64,000 nt of DNA from NCBI GenBank assembly GCA_050249415.1, contig JBFWQO010000003.1, positions 22,814-86,813 of the forward strand, read 5' to 3'. The notes beneath the pieces were generated by a model that did no database searches, had not been told where the DNA came from, and saw nothing but the letters and a program-made list of their open reading frames with translations. The position numbers and the translations under genes were made by a program. Shown here piece by piece: positions 57,153 to 64,000 of the stretch (position 1 is the stretch's first letter; every line of letters starts with the position of its first letter). This stretch comes from Steroidobacteraceae bacterium (lineage in GTDB: Bacteria; Pseudomonadota; Gammaproteobacteria; Steroidobacterales; Steroidobacteraceae).

Positions 57153-58779
57153 GCTGACCTCCCAGCAGATGGCCGGCAAGCTGCTTGCGGCCGGGTTCGA
57201 GCGCAGCGGCTCGTCTGCCTCGACTCTGAGCGACCCCATCGCCGACACGCCCATGGTCGTGACCCTGGATCAGTTGCGTCCCTACGACCATGACCCGCGC
57301 AAGAAGCGAAATCCGACCTACGAGGACATCAAGGCTTCCATCCGCGAGCGCGGCCTGGACGCGGCACCGGCCATCACGCGTCGGCCGGGCGAGGACCACT
57401 ACATCATCCGCAACGGTGGCAACACGCGCCTGGCGATCCTGCGCGAACTGTGGTCGGAGACCAAGGACGAGCAGTTTTTCCGCCTCTCGTGCCTGTTCCG
57501 CCCGTGGCCCAGCCGCGGCGAAGTCGTCATGCTGACCGGCCATCTGGCCGAAAACGAATTGCGCGGCGGCCTCACGTTCATCGAACGCGCCCTTGGCGTC
57601 GAGAAAGCGCGCGAGTTCTACGAGCAGGAAAGCAGCACCACCCTGAGCCAATCCGAGTTGGCCCGACGCCTCGCCGCCGATGGTTTCCCGGTCCAGCAGT
57701 CGCACATCAGCCGCATGAACGATGCGGTGCGCTACCTCCTACCGGCGATCCCCGCCGTGCTCTATGGCGGCCTCGGCCGCCACCAGGTCGAACGCCTGTC
57801 GGTCATGCGCAAAGCCTGCCTGCTCGCGTGGGAGCGCTACGCCAAGGGCCGCACGCTGGTACAGGACTTCGACGACTTCTTTCAGGAGGTGCTGTCGCAG
57901 TTCGACGCGCAGGCCGGCGAGTTCGCCCCCCAGCGCGTGCAGGACGAGCTGATCGGCCAAATGTCCGAGTTGCTCGGCATCGACTACGACGTGCTGGCGC
58001 TCGACCTCACCGAATCCGAAAGCCGCCATCGCGCCCTGGTCAGCGACCCGACCCCGCCATCGGCACCGCCCGCGCTGCCCGAGCCGGGCGCCATGGCACG
58101 CCCGCCCGCCGCACCAGCCCCAGCGACCCCGACGCCGGCGGCCACGCATGGGGCGCGTGAGCGCAAGGGCGATTCGGAAACGGACGACTCGCCTGCAGTC
58201 AGCCCCGTGGCTGCTCCTGGTGATCTGCTGCAGGAGCACATCGTTTCGCCCGCACCGACGACGGAACGGCTGCAATCCATTCAGCGGATGGTCGCCGACG
58301 AGCTGGGGGATGCGCTGCCCGATTTTTCGGCCAACGTCTTGCAGTCCATTCCTGTCCAGGCAGGCGGGCTCTATCCGATTTCCGACGTTTGGCACATCGA
58401 CGCGGGCTTGGACACGCCCGACCGCCTGCGCATCCACATCGCGCAGTTTGCACGCGAGATCGCGGGCGAGGCAGGCCTCGATCAGTGCATCGAGGACCGC
58501 GCGGACGGTATTGGTTTCGCATGCCATGCCGGCGCCCGTGCCCCGGCGCCGCTGGGTCGTGCCGCCCTGGCGCTGCTGGCGTGCCTGGCTGGTCAGCAGC
58601 CCGCCGAAGTCGGCCTGAACAGCGGGCAAGTCGTCATCGACCTGCCGGCGCTGCTTCACGGACAGGGGGACGCAAGCCGGCGTCTAAGCGACACCGCATT
58701 GGTCAAGCTGTTCCGGCTGCTGCGCCTGGCCCGCCGTCTGCTCGACTTGGACGCCAGCGCTGTGGACCTTGGAACGTGA
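57145..58779 (+). CDS. ICE ParB-family protein (ParB/Srx N-terminal domain; BisD-position gene)
   Basis: VTLDQLRPYDHDPR, IIRNGGNTRLAILREL (ParB box GGxxR). Long Pro/Ala-rich linker and a C-terminal domain of unknown fold. Confidence 0.8.
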   Translation: MAELTSQQMAGKLLAAGFERSGSSASTLSDPIADTPMVVTLDQLRPYDHDPRKKRNPTYEDIKASIRERGLDAAPAITRRPGEDHYIIRNGGNTRLAILRELWSETKDEQFFRLSCLFRPWPSRGEVVMLTGHLAENELRGGLTFIERALGVEKAREFYEQESSTTLSQSELARRLAADGFPVQQSHISRMNDAVRYLLPAIPAVLYGGLGRHQVERLSVMRKACLLAWERYAKGRTLVQDFDDFFQEVLSQFDAQAGEFAPQRVQDELIGQMSELLGIDYDVLALDLTESESRHRALVSDPTPPSAPPALPEPGAMARPPAAPAPATPTPAATHGARERKGDSETDDSPAVSPVAAPGDLLQEHIVSPAPTTERLQSIQRMVADELGDALPDFSANVLQSIPVQAGGLYPISDVWHIDAGLDTPDRLRIHIAQFAREIAGEAGLDQCIEDRADGIGFACHAGARAPAPLGRAALALLACLAGQQPAEVGLNSGQVVIDLPALLHGQGDASRRLSDTALVKLFRLLRLARRLLDLDASAVDLGT

Positions 58780-58794
58780 CTGAGGGAGACCAGC

Positions 58795-59355
58795 ATGTCC
58801 ACACCACACCCACTCAACCAGGCTGTCATCGCCCAAGCTCTCTATGACCTGCGCAATGGGCAACTGCGCCGCTGCAAGCTGATGGGGTTTGGCGAGGAAG
58901 AGCTGGGCGCCCTCAAGCATCCCGCGCTGATCAGCGTGCTGGCTAACGCCAGCGTCTCGTGGTGCTCCGTGACGGTCAACCGCGAAGTACTCCGGCGTCT
59001 GCTCAGGCAGGCGCAGGACGTGGAAAAGGAAATCGCCACGGTCGATCGCATGCTTAGGCTGGGCGCGAGCACCGAAATGGTGAGCCGTTTCTACGGCCTG
59101 ACCCACCAGGAAGTGGCGCTTCGCCGCGAAATCCTCGGCCTGCCCAAGCGCAAGGGCCGCCATCCCGTGCTGGACGAGAAGCAGGACACGGAGCTGTGGC
59201 AGCAATGGAAGGCCGTGACCAGCAGCAGGAACGTCGATCTCGAAGACGAGACCTCCATCCTCGATGCCGCCATGGACTTGGCTGAAGGCATGTCGCTGCC
59301 TTTATCGGTGGTCTGGGCCTCGATCAAGAGCTGGGTCGATCAGGGATTGGGTTGA
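58795..59355 (+). CDS. DUF2857-like ICE protein (BisC-position gene)
   Basis: 186 aa. Matches my memory of the DUF2857 family that follows ICE parB genes (LYDLRNGQLRRCKLMGFGEEELGAL...RFYGLTHQEVALRREILGL). Confidence 0.65.
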   Translation: MSTPHPLNQAVIAQALYDLRNGQLRRCKLMGFGEEELGALKHPALISVLANASVSWCSVTVNREVLRRLLRQAQDVEKEIATVDRMLRLGASTEMVSRFYGLTHQEVALRREILGLPKRKGRHPVLDEKQDTELWQQWKAVTSSRNVDLEDETSILDAAMDLAEGMSLPLSVVWASIKSWVDQGLG

Positions 59356-59357
59356 CC

Positions 59358-60605
59358 ATGGCCGTGGACGACACCGCACCACGTCGTGGCCCCATCGCAC
59401 TCGCAGACCTGTTCGACGCTGCGCTGAAAAACCTTGTGCCCAAGCCCAACGCCGACGCGCCCCCGCCCACACCCACGCCTGTCGCGATGCCCACGGGCCC
59501 GGCGTCTGGCGATGCCTTCCTGTTCAGCGGCAACCGGCACGAGTCCGTACCGCGGCGGCTGTTCCTCGACCGTCGCCTGACGCCGTTGGAGCGCAACGCC
59601 TGGCAGGTCTTCCGGCTGATGCAGGGCGACGATGGCGTGACGGCGTTCCCGACGTATGAACAGCTTCGGCCCTGGCTGGCCTCGATGCCCTGCGCCGGAC
59701 AGGCCTCGCACGAAACCGTGGCGCGAGCGCTGACGCTGCTGCGCCTGACCCGCTGGCTGAGCCTCGTGCGGCGGCGACGCGACCCCAAGAGTGGCCGCAT
59801 CCTCGGCAATCTGTACGTGCTACACGACGAACCACTGACCCCGTTCGAGGCCATGCAGCTCGACCCGGACTACCTGCAACTCGTCAGCCAGGCGCTCGGC
59901 CATTCCGCCAAGGCCGTGCAGATCGTGGGCCTGCACACCCTCAAGGAAATCGGCCAAGACCCGATGCTGGCCGGGCGCACCCTGCCGTCGAGGCTGCAAG
60001 TCCTGGCCGAACGCCTCGCCAGCCAGGGCGTCGGGGCGCACGAAAGTTATCCACAGGAGGACGCCACGCACGATTCCGAAGAAGGGGCGACGAGCCTTCT
60101 TTGGAATCCCGATGACCCCACTTCGGAATCCGAAGCAGGGCCGAAACCCGCGCCAGACGCCTCTCTTCGGAATCCGAAGCAGGCCCGTACAGTACGTAGT
60201 AGTCGTATTGATGAAGTACGTACTACCGCGCAGGCGCGCGTGCTGGACGACCTGCAATGGCCCAAGCGCTTCGCGGAACTGAAGGCAGAGCAGCAAACAG
60301 GTGCCAGAGTGGCATTGCAGCAAGTCGATGTTTCGCTCAGGCAGGCCGTGCTGGACGAATGGGCCACGCGATGCAGCAACCACGGCATCCGCAATCCTGC
60401 GGGGTATCTGTTCGGCATCATCCAGCGGGCCATCCATGGCGAGTTCAACGCCTGGGCCAAGAAAGACGCACCCTCGGCACCTGTCCCGCCAAACGAGCGG
60501 CCACCACCAGCGGCACCACCACCTCAACCGCAGGGCAAGCCTGTGCCGCCAGAAGTCGCCAGGCAGCACATCGAGCGGCTACGCAAGCTGCTCGCCAGCA
60601 AGTGA
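59358..60605 (+). CDS. STY4528-family pathogenicity-island/ICE putative replication protein
   Basis: PRRLFLDRRLTPLERNAWQVFRLM... winged-helix-like N-domain. Low-complexity middle. Pro-rich C-terminus. Family assignment from memory and synteny. Confidence 0.6.
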   Translation: MAVDDTAPRRGPIALADLFDAALKNLVPKPNADAPPPTPTPVAMPTGPASGDAFLFSGNRHESVPRRLFLDRRLTPLERNAWQVFRLMQGDDGVTAFPTYEQLRPWLASMPCAGQASHETVARALTLLRLTRWLSLVRRRRDPKSGRILGNLYVLHDEPLTPFEAMQLDPDYLQLVSQALGHSAKAVQIVGLHTLKEIGQDPMLAGRTLPSRLQVLAERLASQGVGAHESYPQEDATHDSEEGATSLLWNPDDPTSESEAGPKPAPDASLRNPKQARTVRSSRIDEVRTTAQARVLDDLQWPKRFAELKAEQQTGARVALQQVDVSLRQAVLDEWATRCSNHGIRNPAGYLFGIIQRAIHGEFNAWAKKDAPSAPVPPNERPPPAAPPPQPQGKPVPPEVARQHIERLRKLLASK

Positions 60606-60649
60606 GCAGGCGTGCAAGACGGTGAAGTGGCTGCCGGTGGCTTTCAGTA

Positions 60650-60672
60650 GAGCTATCCCCTGGGGATAGTTC
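60650..60672. repeat. 23-bp palindrome, copy 1 (one arm mismatch)
   Basis: GAGCTATCCCCTGGGGATAGTTC. Starts 44 nt after the stop of the STY4528-like gene. Confidence 0.9.
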
Positions 60673-60780
60673 CACTGACGGCTACGACGTCGAACCGCTG
60701 CACGCCGGGCCTGGATCGCCTGCCGCGGATCGGCCTTGTCCGCGCTGATCCGGGTGTGCAGCGTTCCTTGGCGCTCCATG

Positions 60781-60803
60781 GAGCTATCCCCAGGGGATAG
60801 CTC
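60781..60803. repeat. 23-bp perfect palindrome, copy 2
   Basis: GAGCTATCCCCAGGGGATAGCTC. Ends 117 nt upstream of the TIGR03761-like gene start. Confidence 0.9.
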
Positions 60804-60920
60804 GCGCCACATGCAACCACCGCGCCCTGAACCGGGGACGGGCGGGTTTCGGTTTGTTGACTGACTGCCTTCCGCTTCTTGCCGAAGCTGGCCGCTCTTT
60901 TCCAACAACGAGCGGACACC

Positions 60921-61703
60921 ATGGCAACGACCAATGAACCCTTGCAACTGAATCTCGGCTCCTTGCGCAGCGCGATGTCGCTGACGCTGCACACGCATCA
61001 CGCCTCGCGCATCTGGCACGGCCGCGCCGCTGCCGAGGGGCGACCCGGCATCGTCGGCTTGAACGGCTACATCGCCCAGATGAACAAGATGCGGCGCGGC
61101 TCGGAGCAGGATGACCCGTACAGCGATTTCTGGACGCTGCGCATCGAGGACAAGCTCGACCAGACCAAGGCCACGCTGCAATCGCTGCGCGAACAGGTGG
61201 ACCAGGCACTCGCGAGCGTTCCGCCGGCACTGACCCTGGGCGAAAACCTTAACGTGCAACCCGTCAAGCTGCCGCTGTTCGTCAATGCGCAGTTGGGCTT
61301 TGCCGCCGTCTATCTGTTGGCCGACTACGACGACATTGCCCGCAAGCTGATCCTCGCGCATCACACCGCACTCATCGACCGCAGCACTTTGGAGCGTTGG
61401 CTCAACGAGGGCGCGCACGCACTGCGCAGTCTTTTCAGCCTGGCGCAGCAGTACCGCTACTCGGGCTGCACCCGCGACGACTTCGCGGCGAAGAACGCTG
61501 CAGCTCGGGCCGCACTGGAAAAATTCGGCGAACTGCCGCAGGACGTGCTGGAAGGCACGCGCCGCTCGAAGTTCGCGCCGCCCACCGTGCGCCGTGGCCT
61601 GCAGCTGCGCAGTGACGGTCCTGCCGCGGCACCTTCCCCCAGCGACGAGGCCGCCACCACGGAGGCCCCCGAAGCGACGGGCGGCGAGGACGCGCAGGCA
61701 TGA
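60921..61703 (+). CDS. PFL_4669/TIGR03761-like ICE protein (InrR-position gene)
   Basis: MATTNEPLQLNLGSLRSAMSLTLHTHHASRIWHGR... Family recalled from ICE synteny, upstream of DUF3158-ssb-topB. Confidence 0.6.
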   Translation: MATTNEPLQLNLGSLRSAMSLTLHTHHASRIWHGRAAAEGRPGIVGLNGYIAQMNKMRRGSEQDDPYSDFWTLRIEDKLDQTKATLQSLREQVDQALASVPPALTLGENLNVQPVKLPLFVNAQLGFAAVYLLADYDDIARKLILAHHTALIDRSTLERWLNEGAHALRSLFSLAQQYRYSGCTRDDFAAKNAAARAALEKFGELPQDVLEGTRRSKFAPPTVRRGLQLRSDGPAAAPSPSDEAATTEAPEATGGEDAQA

Positions 61704-62227
61704 GCGATCCGAACCGCGACACCCGCTACTTCCACCCCCTGCAACAGACAGCTTTCATGAAGCTGGAACATGCCGCCTCTCTAAAAGGCCTTTTGAAGCC
61801 TTTTAAGGGTAAGGGGGATCTTGAGGCTTGGGCCAGCCAGTGCTTCGGCATGCGCGACGAGTTGATTGCCCTGGCGCAGCGTCAGGTGCTGCAACAGGCC
61901 CTCGGGCATCCCTTCCACCTGCTGCCCATCGAACTGGCCCAGCAGACCACTGGCGCAGGCACGGCGTTTCTGCGCTGGCGCAAGCACGACCGCTCGGCCA
62001 TGGGCGTCACCTTGTGGCAAGAGCTGATGGCGAGCACCAGCACGCCGGTCAACCTGCTGGCCGACCTGCACGCCATCGAGCTTCAGCGCATTACGCTGAA
62101 CATGCAGATCAGCCTGTTGCACACCTTGGGCAGGCAGGCCCAGGAGTGCGCCAGCAAGGCCGCCGAGGCGGAAGACGCCTACCTGCGCCGGCTCAAGTCC
62201 ACGCCAGCCGCCATGCGTGATCGGTGA
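61700..62227 (+). CDS. DUF3158-like ICE protein
   Basis: 175 aa. Its ATG overlaps the preceding stop. Synteny between the TIGR03761-like gene and ssb. Confidence 0.55.
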   Translation: MSDPNRDTRYFHPLQQTAFMKLEHAASLKGLLKPFKGKGDLEAWASQCFGMRDELIALAQRQVLQQALGHPFHLLPIELAQQTTGAGTAFLRWRKHDRSAMGVTLWQELMASTSTPVNLLADLHAIELQRITLNMQISLLHTLGRQAQECASKAAEAEDAYLRRLKSTPAAMRDR

Positions 62228-62300
62228 TCGCGCCGGGCAACCCAGCACGCGCCCGCCACCGACCAGGTGCGGGTATTTCAACCACCACGGAGATTGCAAC

Positions 62301-62753
62301 ATGAGCACGCATTTTTCTGGCGAGGGCAACATCGGTTCGCCCCCCGAGTACCGGGAGTTCCCCAACGGCAACGACGAGCCCAGCCGCCTTTTGCGCCTGA
62401 ACGTCTATTTCGACAACCCCATTCCCAAGAAGGATGGCAGCTTCGAGGACCGCGGCGGCTTCTGGGCGCCGGTGGAAGTCTGGCACCGCGACGCCGCGCA
62501 CTGGAAGGACCTGTACCAGAAAGGCATGCGTGTCCTGGTCGTCGGCCGCATGGAGCGCGAACCCTGGACGGACAACGAGGATCAGCCGCGCGAGACCTGG
62601 CAGATCAACGCGCGCAGCGTCGGCATCCTGCCGTTCCGCATCGAGTCCGTGACCCTCAGCCCCAGGCAGCAGGAGACCACGCAGGACACGCAGCCGAATC
62701 CCCAGGCCGCCCAGGAACCGGCAGCGCCGAAGGAGCCGAAGCGCAGGAAGTGA
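62301..62753 (+). CDS. ssb: ICE single-stranded DNA-binding protein (OB fold) lacking the acidic C-terminal tip
   Basis: FSGEGNIGSPPEYREFPNG...FWAPVEVWHRDAAHWKDLYQKGMRVLVVGRMEREPWTD...TWQINARSVG. The tail is Gln/Pro-rich and ends KEPKRRK. Confidence 0.8.
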   Translation: MSTHFSGEGNIGSPPEYREFPNGNDEPSRLLRLNVYFDNPIPKKDGSFEDRGGFWAPVEVWHRDAAHWKDLYQKGMRVLVVGRMEREPWTDNEDQPRETWQINARSVGILPFRIESVTLSPRQQETTQDTQPNPQAAQEPAAPKEPKRRK

Positions 62754-62799
62754 GCCGGCATGGGGCGGCGGCAGTTGTCCGTCGCCCCAATGCCTTCGC

Positions 62800-62822
62800 G
62801 AGCTATCCCCAGGGGATAGCTC
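62800..62822. repeat. 23-bp perfect palindrome, copy 3
   Basis: GAGCTATCCCCAGGGGATAGCTC. Starts 46 nt after the ssb stop and ends 205 nt upstream of topB. Its 3-nt flanks (cgc/cat) are the inverse of those of copy 2 (atg/gcg). Confidence 0.9.
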
Positions 62823-63027
62823 CATCAACGTCCACCGGCTTCCACGCACTCCCGAAAATCGCGGCTCCCGGCCCGCACACCTCCGGCCGCACGCCACTCC
62901 CGTCCCCGCCATTCCATCCCGTGAAAGTGGTCGCCACCGCATGCGGCTTGTTTGCTGCTGCCCCTGGTGGTGCTCGGCATCCTCGATTCCAGCAACTCAA
63001 TGAACCACGGAATTCGGATGGACGGAC

Positions 63028-64000
63028 ATGCGGCTGTTCTTGTGCGAGAAGCCCTCCCAGGGCAAAGACATTGGTCGAATCCTCGGCGCGACGCAGCGCG
63101 GTGAAGGCTGTCTCAGCGGCTCCGGCGTCACCGTTACCTGGTGCATCGGCCATCTCGTAGAAGCGGCAGCTCCCGAGGTCTATGACGCAGCGCTCAAGCG
63201 CTGGTCGCTGGAGCAGTTGCCCATCGTTCCCCAGCAGTGGCGGGTCGAGGTCAAACCGAAGACCGCCACGCAATTCAAGGTCGTCAAGGCGCTTCTGGCG
63301 AAGGCGACCCATCTGGTCATCGCCACCGATGCCGACCGCGAGGGCGAGCTGATCGCCCGCGAGATCATCGACCTGTGCGGCTACCGCGGCCCCATCGAGC
63401 GGCTATGGCTGTCGGCGCTCAACGATGCCTCGATCCGTACCGCGCTCGGCAAGCTGCGGCCGTCGTCCGACACGCTGCCGATGTACTACTCGGCACTGGC
63501 GCGCTCACGGGCGGACTGGCTCGTGGGCATGAACCTCAGCCGGTTGTTCACCGTGCTGGGCCGGCAGGCAGGCTACGACGGCGTGCTGTCGGTCGGGCGC
63601 GTCCAGACGCCGACGCTCAAACTCGTCGTGGACCGCGACCGCGAGATCGCGGCCTTCAAGTCGGTGCCGTTCTGGGCCATCGACGTGTCCCTTTCCGCAG
63701 GCGGACAGACTTTCAGCGCGCAGTGGGTTCCGCCCGATGGCTGCACCGACGACGCCGGCCGCTGCCTGCAGCAGCCCATCGCCCAGCAGGCCGCGCAGCA
63801 GATCCGCACTGCGGGTAGCGCCCAGGTGGTATCGGTCGAGACCGAACGCGTGCGCGAAGGCCCACCGCTGCTGTTCGATCTGGGCACCTTGCAGGAGGTT
63901 TGTTCCAAGCAGCTTGGGCTGGACGTGCAGGAGACCCTGGAGATCGCCCAGGCCCTGTACGAGACGCACAAGGCCACCACATACCCACGCTCAGATTCCG
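63028..64000 (+). CDS. topB: DNA topoisomerase III (3' end beyond the window)
   Basis: Own translation of frame 1 from the ATG at 63028. It is absent from the ORF track because no stop occurs in the window. MRLFLCEKPSQGKDI (TOPRIM), IATDADREGELIA, GRVQTPTLKLVVDRDREI. Confidence 0.9.
   Translation, partial: MRLFLCEKPSQGKDIGRILGATQRGEGCLSGSGVTVTWCIGHLVEAAAPEVYDAALKRWSLEQLPIVPQQWRVEVKPKTATQFKVVKALLAKATHLVIATDADREGELIAREIIDLCGYRGPIERLWLSALNDASIRTALGKLRPSSDTLPMYYSALARSRADWLVGMNLSRLFTVLGRQAGYDGVLSVGRVQTPTLKLVVDRDREIAAFKSVPFWAIDVSLSAGGQTFSAQWVPPDGCTDDAGRCLQQPIAQQAAQQIRTAGSAQVVSVETERVREGPPLLFDLGTLQEVCSKQLGLDVQETLEIAQALYETHKATTYPRSDS

Larger units (their letters stand above)
54125..64000 (+). mobile_element. 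Integrase-distal end of an ICEclc/PAGI-2-type integrative conjugative element (continues beyond the window)
   Basis: att-like tRNA-Gly 3' repeat. Drop in GC and loss of coding density over 54143-54915. Then alpA, parA, small ORF, ParB-like, DUF2857-like, STY4528-like, TIGR03761-like, DUF3158-like, ssb, topB, all on one strand. No integrase in the window. Confidence 0.85.

Noticed and set aside
60650-62822. The repeated 23-bp palindromes as a CRISPR array.
   Set aside because: Only three copies. Spacing is grossly unequal (131 nt, then about 2 kb containing three genes). The repeats are perfect palindromes. No cas genes are present.

Overview
Very GC-rich proteobacterial chromosome segment; gene order looks gammaproteobacterial, but GC and taxonomy were not computed. 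Bases 1-54124 are core genome. They hold a 5'-truncated AddA/UvrD-type helicase-nuclease and a gspG-N type II secretion operon back-to-back with a rhombosortase. Next comes the conserved fabD-fabG-acpP-fabF-pabB-pabC-mltG-tmk-holB-pilZ block, then a cNMP-rhodanese fusion, a FadB-like enzyme and a small TIR-like ORF. Further on are a copA-copB-cytochrome c copper cluster and modE, convergent on a TonB-dependent receptor operon that carries a near-consensus ModE operator. The core ends with yceI, pirin/LysR, tdh, transporters, a rhomboid, a complete ccmABCDEFGHI operon, a MacAB-like exporter with two permeases, and tRNA-Leu(UAA) plus tRNA-Cys(GCA). From 54125 to the window end lies the integrase-distal end of an ICEclc/PAGI-2-type integrative conjugative element. 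Its boundary is an orphan 18-nt copy of the tRNA-Gly(GCC) 3' end, sitting 18 nt from tRNA-Cys. This implies the ICE split a gly-cys-leu tRNA operon. The ICE part contains a regulatory/partition module (251-aa ORF, alpA, parA, a small HicA-like ORF, a parB-like gene, DUF2857), then an STY4528-like gene, TIGR03761-like, DUF3158-like, ssb and topB (3' partial). The points most worth follow-up are the att/tRNA-operon split with an outward-facing promoter, three copies of a 23-bp palindrome in ICE intergenic regions, and the ModE-box/TonB-receptor operon. Many long ORFs in the six-frame track are wrong-frame or antisense artefacts of the high GC content. The track also renders GTG/TTG starts as M. 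Several starts were therefore trimmed by eye and remain uncertain.
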